Below, in pieces: positions 46,059 through 61,120 of a DNA stretch of 64,000 bases (the stretch's first letter is position 1; every line of letters starts with the position of its first letter). The translations under genes were made by a program, and so were the position numbers. The stretch lies in NCBI RefSeq assembly GCF_009914755.1, contig NC_060926.1; one strand, written 5' to 3'. The DNA is from the human T2T-CHM13v2.0 reference genome, Homo sapiens. Under the pieces are notes generated by a model. It was not told the origin of the DNA. It was given only the letters and a program-made list of their open reading frames with translations, and did not search any database.

Positions 46059-47920
46059 TATTTCCTAACATTTCTTTTTCATATACTACATTATTTTTAA
46101 AATTTAAAATTCCAAGAAGAATAAAAAATGGCAAGGTAATTATCAAATAATGTTAACATCTTATTAGAAGCAAATGAAAATTTACTACAGAGCCTTCTGA
46201 CAAAAGCACAGAAGGTAAGAGAAAAATTTAATCATCTCCAGCCCCAAAATTATTTCAAAGCCTTTATGTTTCATTCTCCTACAACAAACACATACTATGT
46301 ACAAACTTTAATATGATTATCATCATGATTATTTAAGATAAAAGCTCAGGCATATAATAAAAAGACATTCAATTTCTAGACTCAACATTTGCTTAAACTG
46401 TAAATGGTTAAATATTGGTTAGAAAATGTTTTTCAGGATTTATTGCTATGAATATTCATTTTCTCCTCTGGATTTTCTCCTATGGCTTGGTACTCAGATT
46501 TATGCACTGTCTAGCTCACTCAAGTGGAGGGATTGATTTTATAATAGATTCATCTATACAAATTAGAATTAACCCTAACAGGAAATATCTTAGGTTATTC
46601 TCCTCAGCTCCATGTTATAAATATAGAGGCTAAGTTATATTAATATTTCAAGTTAGAACTAGATACCAGCTCCTAACAAAAAGTTAGGACAGACTATAGA
46701 GTGATGTCATTGCAGCATATTGATGAGATTGTTTTGCATAAAATAATGCTGGTGACATTATGCTAAATATAAGATAGAAAATTACATATATATATAGTGT
46801 GCACTATGTAACTATCCTATGTGTGGCATGTAAACATCAAAATATTAATAGTCATTATCTATGGGCATAGGATAATGGTTGAATGTGATTACATTTACTA
46901 TTATATTCTGTATCAATATTATTTTGCTATTATAGTAAACAAAAATCAAAATTAAATTTTTTTAAATGACTTTGGAAAAACTAGTATTTGAACCATGAAT
47001 TGATGGATTAAATAAAGTATATCTAAGGATATTAAATCTCACATTTCTCAACTGAAATGTGATTAGTTATGATAAGGTCTTGGCAGATGGTATGGCCTTA
47101 ATACATGGTGATTTGCCCTTCATTTTTTATTACAGTTGCACACTCTAAACAATAGTAAGAAACTGTTTCAAAATATTTAAATAATAATGAAATGGATTAT
47201 CAAAATGCCATTCAATTCTATAGATTTACAAGAGAAAAAAAATTCCCAGGCCACACCATCTTCCTCCTCATAAGCCCAGAGTTTTCAGTTTTCAGCCTAG
47301 CACTAAGAAAGTATTCTGGAAAAAATATATATATATATTTTGATATATATATATATATATATCAGGCTGACACATTTTGAAGTGCTAATGGAAGCTATAT
47401 GCAGTTATCAGCTTAGCATTCACATCTATTCAAGACTTTATTTAGATGATTGAAAGAAATTCACTTAAATGTGAAGAACTGTGAAACTAACTGGCAGATA
47501 AGATGAAAAATGAGAAGTATTCCATCTATTTAGAGACCATATATTTTCCCTTAGACAGTAATATCCTCATTCTTAAAAGTTTGAATATTACCACTAAATG
47601 TTTCACAAAAATTTTGTTCTCCCACCAACCCAGAAAATGATCCACACTGATAAACAAACTAGCTGCTTTCTGTATTGATACTTCTGTATAATATTAGTAT
47701 ACTTACTTAACTGTCCTAATGTGAGCAATTTGAACATTAGCAAATGCATGAAATATTTACTCAATTATTTTGCACCCAATGTTGTGAGATGTTTAGAATA
47801 TAGAAATATAACAAACAATTATTAAAATTCAGGTATTTTCAGTCTAATTACAGTGATAAGATGACCAACCTAGAAAGACTCATGAGTCTAAGGATGAGGA
47901 GGGCTTTAGAAAACATTTTC

Positions 47921-48224
47921 TTTTTGTTTTGTTTTGTTTTGTTTTGAGATGGAGTCTCACTCTGTCATCCAGGCTGGAGTGTAGTGGTGCCATCTTGGCT
48001 CATTACAACCTCCGCCTCTCAAGTTCAAGCTATTCTGCTGCCTCAGCCTCCCAAGTAGCTGGGATTACAGGCATGCACCACCACACGCCTGACTAATTTT
48101 TGTGTTTTTAGTAGAGATGGGGTTTCACCATTTTAGCCAGGCTGGTCTTGAACTCCTGACCTCAAGTGATCCACCCACCTCAGCCTCTCAAAGTGCTGCG
48201 TGGCGTGAGCCACCGCGCCTAGCC
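47921..48224 (-). mobile_element. AluS (AluSx/Sz-like)
   Basis: Antisense dimer, (TTTTG)n tail, TSD tagaaaacattttc / tagagaacatcttc. Confidence 0.95.
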
Positions 48225-49379
48225 TAGAGAACATCTTCTAGTTCAACAATTTATTGCAGTTCATCTGTCAACCCATCACCCCTTCCTCTTCCAAGAAAAT
48301 ACAATGAAGCTTCAAAAAAGGAGTGATGGGGAGCAGGTGAAGGGCCTGATAAAGTAAGGCATGGGTGAATCTTTTGGCCAAAGCAAAACAGAGAAAAGAG
48401 AAAAAGCAGAGGGCAAGGAGGTAACCAAAATACGACATGAAAATGCACCAAATACTTCTAACATTGACAAGATTTGATGACACAAATAAAGCCGCTTGTG
48501 AGGACCCACAATGTAATGTTTAAAATTACTTGAAAAAAATATTGTCATAAATGACATATAGAAATGCTAAAATACCAGGAACAAATAAATATGAAGTACA
48601 GGTTTTGTTGTTTTTGTTATAAATATCACACCCTGTCCTGTGGTAGACACCTGAAAGCAACATCATCTTTTTAATATTCTTTCTCCTTCTTGGAACTTGA
48701 AAACAAACAAACAAACAAACAAACAAGGTAATAAATGGATGAATTGATAATACTTGATTAGAAAGACAGATAGAATAAAAAATACCAGCTCTTTTATTAT
48801 CAATGGAAAGTCATAGAGTTAAAAGTTCTGTAAAAGCAAGAAGTGGGCAGAAACCACACGGAGAGAGAAACAGAAAAAGCTAAGAGAACCCTGTTGTTAC
48901 CCAGTCCACCACTAACATCCTAAAGGTGGGGCTCACATTGAAATACTGAATCTGTAATTCATGCCTAAAATAGCTAGAACTAGAGTTGCACATAATTACA
49001 TTAAACTCAAACAGAAGCCACACAGGGAAGGTTGAAGGAAGGGGAAGAATAGAAAAGCCATTCAGAGAATGTCGAGGGCTTAGCAGTAAGCAGCAGTTCT
49101 CGGTTTCATCAAAAATAAACAAGCGGAGGGTAGAAGCTGCCTTGAGGTACGTTGGCTGCGCCCCCTTATTTGTAGTAAACAGTGACTACACTGGTAAGCA
49201 CAGGACTGTGGATGAAACATCCCAGGACATTGTGCAGCTCCCCAGCAGTCTTACAGAGGAGCTATGCAGGCAAGACGTAGTCTGTTTCTGCGGCCGTAGA
49301 GAGACACCCTTACGGTTTCTGGAAGCTGCAAGTGTGACCAGGCCTTTCAGGACCCTGAAGCTACTGCAAGTAGCTAACT

Positions 49380-51850
49380 AAGAAAAATCCAACTGATAAA
49401 TAGACAAGCCTTATAAAATAATTTATTAAAATATCAATACAAAGATACATGAAATAAAATGTGGAAACAGCAAACTAACCAATAGATGAAAGCCCATAAA
49501 GAAGAAATTCTACAAACACAAAACCTTCAATGAAGCCATGATCTTTCTGAAGGATTACAAAGGACAAATAAAGTAACAAAGAGAAGAGATAATAAAACCA
49601 AAGGAGAAATTGGAATTAAAGAAAAAGAGTATAGGAGACTAGTAAAGGGAAAAATTATCACAGAGAAGACAAAAATAATGATTGAAAAAGAGAGAATGAA
49701 CTTGTGGGCATAGTAAAGGATTTAAAGGTTAGAAATAGGAAAAATAAAAATAAAATACTTAAATAAAAGTGTTTAAAATAACTAGAGAATATGTATGTGT
49801 TCCATACATATTTGTATGTGATCTGAAAACTTAAACTAAGCATATATTCTCAAATTATTATATTAATAGTATATGCAAACACACACACACACATGCACAC
49901 ACACACATAATCCAGGCAACAAAATATCCAATATAGGTATAAATAGAATTTCCAAAGAAAAACTATATATGCATATAAATATGTAACACCACCACACCAC
50001 TATTGTTTAACACATATTGTTCTGGAGGACTCAAATTGAACACTACAGCAAGAAAGTGAAGAAAGCTGGGGCGGGTAGGTGGATAATGGTTAATAAAGAA
50101 GAAATTGTCATTTTCACAGGAAATGTGATTTGGAGTATGGAGTAAGTCCAAATAAATAAGGATTGCATTCTTAAAATTAATAGAAGTTTAGCAGATTTGA
50201 TGGGTAGAAATCAAAGTATAAAATTAAACTTATTGCTGTACACTAGCCTGTATAAGTTTGATAATTAATTGTCAAATATACATGTGTGTTTACATTTTTA
50301 TATGTGTGATCACCAACAGTAGCTTAAAATTTTCAAGTACCCAATAAGATAGTTCATTAAAAGTAGCAATACTACTCAAGGGAACATGAGAGATAGTGAA
50401 TATTAAATATTAAATATCATCTAAATGAAAGATACACAATGTTTGATGGATTGCATAAATCATTATTGAATAGAAGTCAATTATCTTTACATGATATATC
50501 ACCTCAGTGTAATTCTGATAGAAAGCAGTAAGTTTTTTTTTTGGTTTTGTTTTATTTATGTGAGTATGCATGTTTGTAGAGCAGATTCTATAAATGTATA
50601 GAGAAATATAGAGAACAAAACAGACATTCTTATACAATAACAAAATGAAAGAATTATCTACCAAATATTAATATCTATAATAAAGCCATAGTGATTAAGA
50701 GAAAGTGATATTGGCAATGGAATAAATAAATAAACCAGCTGAACAGACTGGAGAGTGTAAACAGAAAAATACACACAAGGCAGAAGTGGCAATCTACAGC
50801 AGTGGATAGAAAGAGGCTTCTTTTTTTTCAGTAAGTAGTAATGGGGAAATTAAGTATCTCTATTTGTTAATAAAATGAAATTGGATGCCTTCTCCTTGAC
50901 ATGCTCAAAAATCAGCTTCAGGTGGGTTATGGACTCAACTCTAAAAGGGGTAATTATAAACCTTTCAGGAAATCATGAAGAATCTCTGTATGAATTTGGG
51001 CTGAAGAAGTATATATTTAAGCAAGGTTCAGAAACAACTAACTTAAAGAAAACACTGATAAATTTGACTATATTAAAAGCAAGGTTTAGTTTATGAAAAA
51101 ATCAGAAATAAGAGGGGGAATTTACATAGAAAACATAATTTAAAAAGCACTAGTAGGCATTTACTAAATGAGAAACTTCCTCTATAACACCCTTAATGTA
51201 GACAATAACTATATTAAAAATGTATTCAGACTCTTTAAAAATTAAAGAATCTAAAATTAATACTGCAAGGAAACTTCACTACATAGAGATTGGCAAAATG
51301 TATTTTTTAAACAAGAAAATAAAATAAATAATGATCATTTCAAATTATTGAAGAGGATGTATGAGAATGGCAATTCCCAAGAACTTCTGGTGGAAGTACA
51401 AATTGATTCACCATTGTGGACCATGGTTTGACATTAAATAATATGATTGAATATATAATTGCTCAATAACTCAACAATTTAATTGCTAGGTAATATCTCA
51501 AAGTAATGCATGAGCCTGCACACCAATACATACATTAAAATGTTCATAAAAGCATTGTTTCTACAGCTTGAAACAACTCATCCACATGACTTTTAAGAAA
51601 ATAATAAATAATCGTGCAGTGTGCATACAAAGAAATAACATAGTGAACAAATGTATAAACCAAATCTACTTGCAACAACATGGATGGAGCTCATCAAAAT
51701 GATAAAAAAGCAAGATACAAAGAATACAATATTAAATAGAGTTAAAAAGCATGTATAACTACATTTTATTGTTTAGAAATAGACAAATAAGTGGAAAGAC
51801 TATGAAAAAAAGCAAAGAAATAATCAAGTGAATGATGTAAAATGAATTAT
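49380..51850 (+). mobile_element. Ancient L1M(E) relics
   Basis: A-rich; atgtgatttggagtatgg...ccaaat, ctataataaagccatagtgattaaga, ttctggtggaagtacaaattgattca, gcaacaacatggatggagctca. Confidence 0.65.
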
Positions 51851-52104
51851 TTAGAACAGCTGTTTTATCAGGTTCTAAAATAAAAGATGAATCTGCTGGT
51901 GTAGTTTGTTGCTTGTTGGTGAAACTCTAATTCTTTACAAACTTCCTTAGCCTGCCCTTTTGTTTCATAAGAAATAATTTAGTCCTTTTCCATGTTAACA
52001 GTGAGTTTATATTATTTTTAACCGACAAGCGTAATCAATAAACCAACTAGAAGAATAATACTTGGATTAGTGTATTGTATAATAATGCCAGAAAATAATA
52101 TTGT

Positions 52105-52141
52105 ATAGTCATGTACCACATAATGATGTTTTGGTCAATGG
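52105..52141 (+). mobile_element. Tigger3-like terminal fragment
   Basis: tatagtcatgtaccacataatgatgttttggtcaatgg resembles a Tigger3 end. Confidence 0.6.
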
Positions 52142-52393
52142 CCACTCTACTCTCTGTTTCTGTAACTTTAATATTTTAGATTCTGCATATAAGTGTGATC
52201 ATATTGTCTTCCTCTGACATATTTCATGTAACATAATGCTCTCAAGATTCATCTATATTGTTGCAAATGGGCAAATAATATCCAATCATATTCCATTCCA
52301 TTTTAATGACTAATATTCCATTGCATTTACATACCACAATTTATGTATCCATTTATTTATTCATATAACATATATTATTTCCATGTTTTGTAA
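52142..52393 (-). mobile_element. L1MA/MB 3' fragment
   Basis: ccactctactctctgtttctg...ttagattctgcatataagtgtgatcata. Confidence 0.8.
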
Positions 52394-53880
52394 CTAGAAT
52401 AAAATTTTGAGAGAAAGAAAAATGGAAACACAGCATATGAATACGTATGGGATGCAGCAAAGGCGGATCCAAGAAGGACATTTATAGCAATAAATGCTGC
52501 GTTTAAAAAAATCCCAAATAAACAACCTAACATTGTACCTCAGAACACTAGAAAAATAACAAAGTAAGCCTAGAGTTAGCACAAGGAAGAAAATAATGAA
52601 AAACAGAGTATAAATAAATAAAATATAAAATAAAAAACAATTTAAAATAAAACAAAGAATTAGTTTCTCTCAAAGACAAAATTTGCAAATATTTAGCCAG
52701 TATAAGTGAAAAGAGAGATAAGTGACATTAATAAAACTGTAAATGAAAGGAGACATAATGACTGATTCCTCAGAAATATAAATGATTATAAGAGGCTGTT
52801 ATAAACAATTGTATGCCAATGCATTTGATAAACTAGAAGAAATGAATAAATTACTAGAAACAGGCAGCTTATGAAGATTGAATTATGAAGAAATAGAAAA
52901 TCTAAATGGGCCAATAATGAGTAAGGCAATTTAGTCAGCAATCAAAAATATCCCAATAAGCAAAAGCTCAGGATTTGATGGTTTTCCTGGTGAATTTTAC
53001 CAAACATTTGAAGAATAATTAATACTAATTCTTCTTAAAATCATCCAAAAAATTGAAAAGGCAAGGACATTTCCAGACTGATTTTAGGAGACCAGCATTA
53101 TTCTGATACCAAAGCCAAACAAGCTTGTAAAAAATTATGAACCAATATCCCTGATGGACATACATGCAAACATCTCCACAAAATACTAACATGTAAAATT
53201 TAAGAACACATTAAAACAATTATACACCGTGACCAAGTAGGGATTTACTCCTGGGATACAAGGGTGGTTTAACATACACAAATCAGTTACTGCGATGTAC
53301 TACATTAACAGAATGACGGACCAAAAACATATAATCATCATGATAGGGCAGCAGAAGAGCATCTGACAAATTTCAACACTCTTTCATGACAAGAAATGCT
53401 CAGCAATTTGATTTAGAAGTAACACACGTCTACACAATAAAGGGCATATATGAAGAGCCCATAGCTAACATCATACTCTAAGGTGAACTGCTGAAATTTT
53501 TCCTTTAAATTCAGGAACAAGACCAAGATGTCCGCTTTGGCAATTTGTATTCAATAGGCTTCTGGAAGTCTTAGCCAGAGCAATTAGACACGAAAGATAA
53601 ATAAAATGCAACCAAATTGCAAAGGAAAAGTAAAATTGTCTCTGTTTGCAGATGACATTATATTAAATATTAAAAATTCTAATCGCACCACCAAAAACTT
53701 ATTAGAACTAATAAATTCAGTAAAGTTACAGGATACAAAATCAACATACAAAAATATTTTTCATTTTATACACTAAAAATACACTCTTTGAAAAAGAATT
53801 TAAAGATATAATTCTATTTCCAGTTGCATCAAAATAGGTACTTTTGAATATTAACCATTAAGAACAAGAGACATACATAT
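52394..53880 (+). mobile_element. L1M ORF2 relic (post-endonuclease through RT)
   Basis: tatgggatgcagcaaagg, gatggttttcctggtgaattttacc, ttgtctctgtttgcagatgaca (LSLFADD). Confidence 0.9.
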
Positions 53881-54391
53881 ATTATTTAGGGCTATAGCGG
53901 TAGCTGACATCAGAATTAACCACATCCACATGCACAATCAAAGTAATTTCCCTGTGTAGGCTGAATGAGAAAGTATTGCTTTTGTCAAAAGCTATTTTGA
54001 TACTTTGACTTGATTTTAGGTATATGATCGACTTTGATGATATTTTTATCAACATGTAAAAAAAAATCAAAGCAGAAAACACCAGGAAAAGTCCAGAAAC
54101 AAACACTAAAATCAAAATAATTTGGAAGGCCTAGACAAGAGGAAGAAAATGGGGAAAGATAAGCAGTTTCCTGTGTCTGTCTACTATCATCTTCACAACC
54201 TTGTGTCTATTAGGAGTATTAATATCTCATTAATCTCATATACTGAAGTAGTTAGCGACCTGAAGTTTAGGAACATATCTGCCTAGAATTGTGCCCTAAC
54301 AATATTTTACATCATGATAGATATTAACATACATTTATTAATGTATTATTATCTCCGATTTTCCTTGCATCCTTATAGCACCTAGAAGAAT

Positions 54392-54971
54392 TGTGTTAGT
54401 TATCTTTTGCTCCATACCAAATTACCCCAAGTATACTGGCTTAAAAACAACACACATTTATTATCTCACATGAGATAATAATGGAGTCTGGGCACCGTAT
54501 ACTTGATTTAATTTGGCTCAGGTTCTCTCACAAGGCTGCAGTCAGGGTGTTGGTGGGGGGTGCAGTTATTCCAGAGTTTGATTCTCATAAGGCTTCTCTT
54601 CCTAGCTTGCAGGATTCAGTTCCCTACATGCTTTAGGATTGAAAGCCTCATTTTCTCATTGACTGTTGACTGGAGGCTTTTCTCAATTTATTGCCATTAA
54701 GTTCTCACCATACAGCAGCTCACAACATTGCAGCTGGCTTTCTTTACAACAAGCCAGAGAGCAAGTCAATAAAGAACAAACAAGATGTAAATCAGAGTCT
54801 CTTGTAATCTAGCATTGAAAAGTTGCATTGTATCCTGTTTGCTGTGTTTCATTGATTAGATGAGAGTCATTTGGTATGGTCTATACTCAAGAGAAGGGGA
54901 TTACACAAGGACACAGAGCATGAATACTGCGAGGTGGGGCTCTTTGGGCCATCTTGGAAGCTGCTCCCACA
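54392..54971 (-). mobile_element. MLT1F-like LTR
   Basis: tgtgttagttatcttttgct...aaattacccc...gggccatcttggaagctgctcccaca. Confidence 0.85.
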
Positions 54972-55109
54972 ACATTACAGGATATATAATAACCACTCAA
55001 AAAGATAGTGCAACTGAATGGGAGATTAAGAATATGCCCTGTTCTAGCAATAGCACTACACAGTTTTTGCTTTTATAATTTTCTCCCATTATTGAGAAGA
55101 AAATATATT

Positions 55110-55310
55110 GACATGGTTGAGAATTATGTGCCAATGTCTACAATACCTGTCTTTCCATATGTTATCTCATTTAACTCTTACCACCATCTTGAAATTATTC
55201 CTTTCTCCAATTTACAGATGAAAATACTGAAGCTCTAAGAAGTGAAATGAGAAGCTCAAAAAGCCACAGTAAACAAGTGTAGATGATTTTATAGCTCCAA
55301 GGTTTTTACA
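55110..55310 (-). mobile_element. MIR
   Basis: gttatctcatttaactcttaccacc...atttacagatgaaaatactgaagct. Confidence 0.75.
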
Positions 55311-56721
55311 TTGAGCATGATTCTTCTTATTTTCCTCTTTCCTCATAGACATGACTCCAAGATTAGAATGGTCCGATGGCACCATTTACCTCTTATGGTC
55401 CTCACTGCTACACGTACAGATAGATGTCTTCCCACTGAAAGTCAAAAATCTGCTGATGGGCAGGAAAATGTCAGCACATTGCTGTAGCTCTCTATTCTCA
55501 GATAAATATATTAACACATTTCTCCTACTTATTTCTGTACAAAACTTATTTTGTTTCTGGCAGCATTTATGCTGATGTCAATGAGGCCTTTGACGGGAGG
55601 CACTTTTTATTGCTGCTGTATGTCTTCTTCCTGCCTGCCTTCTTCCCTTCTAGAAATAAATATTTTACTTGGCCATCTGAGGAAATATTTTCCACCTGGC
55701 ACGATATTTATATATACATTTTCAAATATCATCAGAAGTGTGAATTTCACGTACAGTAATATATTTTGGGGCTTTATGTCACTCCTCCAGTGTAAAGCAA
55801 GTTTCTTATGACAAATGAAGGAAGGGAATATCTTAAAATAAACTCCTAATAACTTGGAAGTAACAGTTGTCTTGACATCAGATCCCTACATTACTAAATG
55901 AAGGACATTCTTTACTAACTGGCTTTCTTACAAAATCTGTGCATTTAAACTGAGAGTTAATAATGGGCTTAATAATAGGTGTCTGGTTAATCAAAGTCTC
56001 ATGAGCAAGATTTTAGCATCAGGGAAGCACGTCTTTGATAGAAATACATTTTTATCTTTGAAGATCTAAAAACCTCAGAGTGGGGTTTTGGTACTAGAAG
56101 TTACAACTCTTGTACAGTTTGTTTAACATTTTCAAAACTTAAACTCCTCAATGATGTATTTTAGGAAGGTGTTCGTGATGATTAAATGGTAATGCATGCA
56201 GTCTACTTAGTACAGTGTGGAATACATAATAAGAGTTTCACTTTTTGTCTTAGTGTTATTGTTACAGATGCTGCCTCGCATCTTCCCGCTCTTTTTTTTT
56301 TTTACTTCTCTCACTCTATTCTCAAGCATTTATTTCTTCATACATCCGACTTTCATTCAACAAATAATTATTACTACCTTGGTAATCAACAGACACTCAG
56401 ATAGACATCACAGATATCGAATAATTCAAGCACCCCACCAGCATGAAGCTCCCAGGAAAGGAAAAAGTACAGCTTTGCAAATCTTCAGTTATAAAAGCAA
56501 ATTATTCTGGGGGAAAAAAAAGAATAAGAGACAGTGTCCATAACCATTAAGTTAAATTTACTGAGATTTTAACTTTGGAGCATAATTACCAACAATTTCA
56601 CAAAGAACAAATGTGACAAATAGCAAACAGTTTCAAATATGTTAGATATTAATCCAAGTATATTAAAAATACTTTTAAATATTAATTGTGTAAATGTGCT
56701 AAATAAAAGAAAGAGATTTTT

Positions 56722-56984
56722 TTTTCCCAGGCTGGAGTGAAGTGGCATGATCTCACCTCACTGCATCCTCCGCCTCCCGGGTTCAAGTGATTATGCTGCC
56801 TCAGCCTCCCAAGTAGCTGGGACTACAGGCACATGCCACCATGCCTGGCTAATATTTGTACTTTCAGTAGAGACTTGGTTCCATCATATTGTCCAGGCTG
56901 GTCTTGAACTCCTGCCCTCAAGTGATCCGCTGCCTTGGCCTCCCAAAGTGTTGGGATTACAGGCATGAGCCACTGCACCCAGCC
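56722..56984 (-). mobile_element. AluS lacking its last ~22 nt and almost all of its poly-A
   Basis: 14-bp TSD agaaagagattttt at 56708-56721 / 56985-56998; begins ttttcccaggctggag. Confidence 0.93.
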
Positions 56985-57040
56985 AGAAAGAGATTTTTGA
57001 CAAATATTTTTTAAAGGCATGTTTATTTAAAAATTACTAC

Positions 57041-58403
<1,363 letters not shown>

Positions 58404-58479
58404 ACTACTTTGAAGACTGATACGTTAAATGTAAAGAAAGAGTGGCCTAAGAATATTATGCTAAGTTAAATAAGCCAGT

Positions 58480-58514
58480 CACACACACAGACACACACAC
58501 ACACACACACACAC
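58480..58514. repeat. (CA)n microsatellite
   Basis: Interrupted CA run. Confidence 0.9.
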
Positions 58515-59759
58515 CCCACTGCATGACTCCACCTTTATAAAGTAATAAAACTCATAAAAAGAAGAATGATAGTTGCCAGGGACTGGGGGAGGGGAAGGGG
58601 AAGTTTTTCTGAGTGTAGAGTTTCAGTCAAGTAGTATGAAAGTTCTGGGGATCTGTTGTACAATAACATGCATGTGGTTGACAATATTGTGCTGGGAACT
58701 TGGAAATTTGTTAAAAGGGTAATTTTCTGTGTTTGCTACAGCTTAAAAGAAAAAGAGAGAGAGACACACACACTATGATAACACTAATCAAAAGAAAACT
58801 AATGTAGTTATACTAACTTCATATGAAATAGCCTTCAGAATAAGGAAGATTACTAGAGATAAAGAGTAGTAGCATTACATAATGATAAAAAAGTTATTTC
58901 TCCAAAAAGACATTGACAAACCCCAAACATTCTATACACCTTGCAGTAGGATGTCAAAAACACATGAGACAAAAACTGGCAGAACTGAAAGGAGATATAG
59001 ACAAATCCACTACTATAGTTGAAGACATCAACACTCCTCTGCCAGTAATTGACAGATCAAGCAGGCAGAAAATTAGTAAGGATATAAATGGTATGAACAA
59101 CACCATAAATCAACTAGGTATAATTGACATCTATAGAATACTCCAAAACCAGCAGAATGCGCATTCTTCTCAAGCTCACATACAACATTCATCAAGATAG
59201 ACCACATTTTGGGCTACAAAACACACGTTAACAAATATAAAATGATGGAAATTACGTAAAGTATGTTCTCAAAACACTAAGGAATTAAACTAGAAGTTAA
59301 TAAGAGAAAAATAGCTGGAAAATCCCAACTATTTAGAAATTAAATGACATATTTTAAAATAACTCATTTGTCAAGACTCTCAGGTGAAATTTAAGCAGCA
59401 TTTTAAACTAAATGAAAATAAAATACCACTTATCAAAATGTATGCTATGTACCAAAGTCAGTGCCTAGAGGGAAATTTATAGCACTAAGTGCACACATTA
59501 GAAAATAAGGAAGATCTAAAGTCAATATTACAAACTTTCACCTTAGGAAACTAAAGAAGGGAGAGTTAGTTAAACCTATTGCCAGGAGGATAAAAAGAAT
59601 AAAAATATTAAAGCAGAAATCAATGAAATTGAAAACAGGAAAACAATAGAGAAAATTAATAAAGCACATACTAATTATTTGAAAAAATTAATCAATTGAT
59701 AAACTTCTAGCCAGTCTATCCAAAATAAAAAGAGAAAAAGAGAGAAAAGAAAAAATGAC

Positions 59760-60990
59760 GTGGCCAGTTGACATTAAACAGATTTTGTCATGAGCAACAC
59801 AAAAATGGCACACTGGGCTTATGAACTGAGAAGCCACAATGGTAGAGTCATAGGCTCTGCGTGGGCCCAACAATATGTACTACCAACCACCAAGGCCCTT
59901 GTAGTTGCTGCCAACACTGAATGACCTGGATGACTAGTTGATGGGTGCAGCAAACCACCATGGCACATGTATACCTCCCAGCAACAAGGTTTGATACTGA
60001 AAACTCAATACACCACCATTTTTGGGGGAGATCAAACAACTACTTGGTAGTAAATTTATTTCAATGGAACTCTTCAGTCCTTTTCAGGAACAGACAAATT
60101 CTTGGTATGGATTGCCTTTATAACCTATAGAACCTCGATAAATATGATAATCTGGAGCTTACAAAATTCTTGATTCACAGGCATTAAGTTCCTTGCAACA
60201 TAGCTTCTGACCAGGACATACATTTTACAGTGAAGGAGCTGCAGAAGTGGGCCTATAACCATAGGTTCCACTGGTTATGTTGCATAATGTATCATGCAAA
60301 ACCATCCTAATAGAGTGTTAGACTGGCCTCTGGAAGCCTCAGCTGAAGGAGCAACTCAGAGACAATACTCAGTAATAATGTGATTTTGGAGGACTCAGTA
60401 TACTTACTGAATAAGAAATTTCTATATGGCATTGTTGTCCAGTACAAAGAATGCATATGTCTAGGAATCAGGTGGCTAGAAATACCACTTATCACTCTCA
60501 GTGACCCAATGAGAGACTTTTCCTTCCCATCTGAACAACTGTGGCCACTGCAAAGTTAGGAGCCCTGGTCCCCAAAGGGAGTACATTCATGCCTGGGGAC
60601 ACAGAGAAGGTTTCAAGGGCAGCCATCAAGGCACTATTAACTCCTTGTGTGCAAGGACCAGCAGGCAAGAAATGGAGTCACCATCATGGAGGATATACGG
60701 TTGCTGTTATACAATGGGGGCAGGAGGAGTATGTATGAAATTCTGGCCATGAACTTGATTTACTTTTACTACTAGATTGCCCAACTGTGAACTAAACAAG
60801 TGCTGCAACCATGGCCTGAGAGGACATGGTTAGCAGGGGCTAGGACTCTTTAACAATGAGGGTATGAGTAACAGCATAAGGGAAGCCTCTGAGGCCAGCA
60901 GAGAAAATATGTGAGGGTCAGGAGGATGTAGAATGAAGCATACAGAAGGGAGTGGCAAGAACCAATCAGTGCCTTGTGACCAATGGCAGT
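59760..60990 (+). mobile_element. ERVL-class internal relic (pol integrase and downstream sequence)
   Basis: Degraded translation matches ERVL integrase: MAHWAYE..SHNGR, AWAQQ, RH*VPCNIASDQDIHFTVKELQKWAYNHRFHW. Confidence 0.8.
59924..59976 (+). repeat. 53-bp copy of 61012-61064 (L1 3'UTR sequence) inserted in the ERVL relic
   Basis: 51/53 identical by direct comparison. Confidence 0.93.
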
Positions 60991-61005
60991 ATTAGAAATG
61001 TTTAT

Positions 61006-61120
61006 CCTAAAACCTGGATGATTAGTTGATGGGTGCAGCAAACCACCATAGCACATGTATACCTATGTAAAAAACCTGCATGTTCTGCACATGTATCTCA
61101 GAACTTAAAAAAAAAAAAAA
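61006..61120 (+). mobile_element. L1PA7/8-like 3' tip with poly-A
   Basis: taaaacctggatgattagttgatgggtgcagcaaaccacc...gaacttaaaaaaaa. Confidence 0.9.

Noticed and set aside
47321-47363. Two adjacent palindromes
   Set aside because: (AT)n microsatellites are trivially self-complementary.
48986-49381. 131-aa ORF in a locally CpG-richer patch
   Set aside because: No domain similarity and a non-ATG start; it sits just upstream of L1M relics and is probably a decayed L1 5' region.
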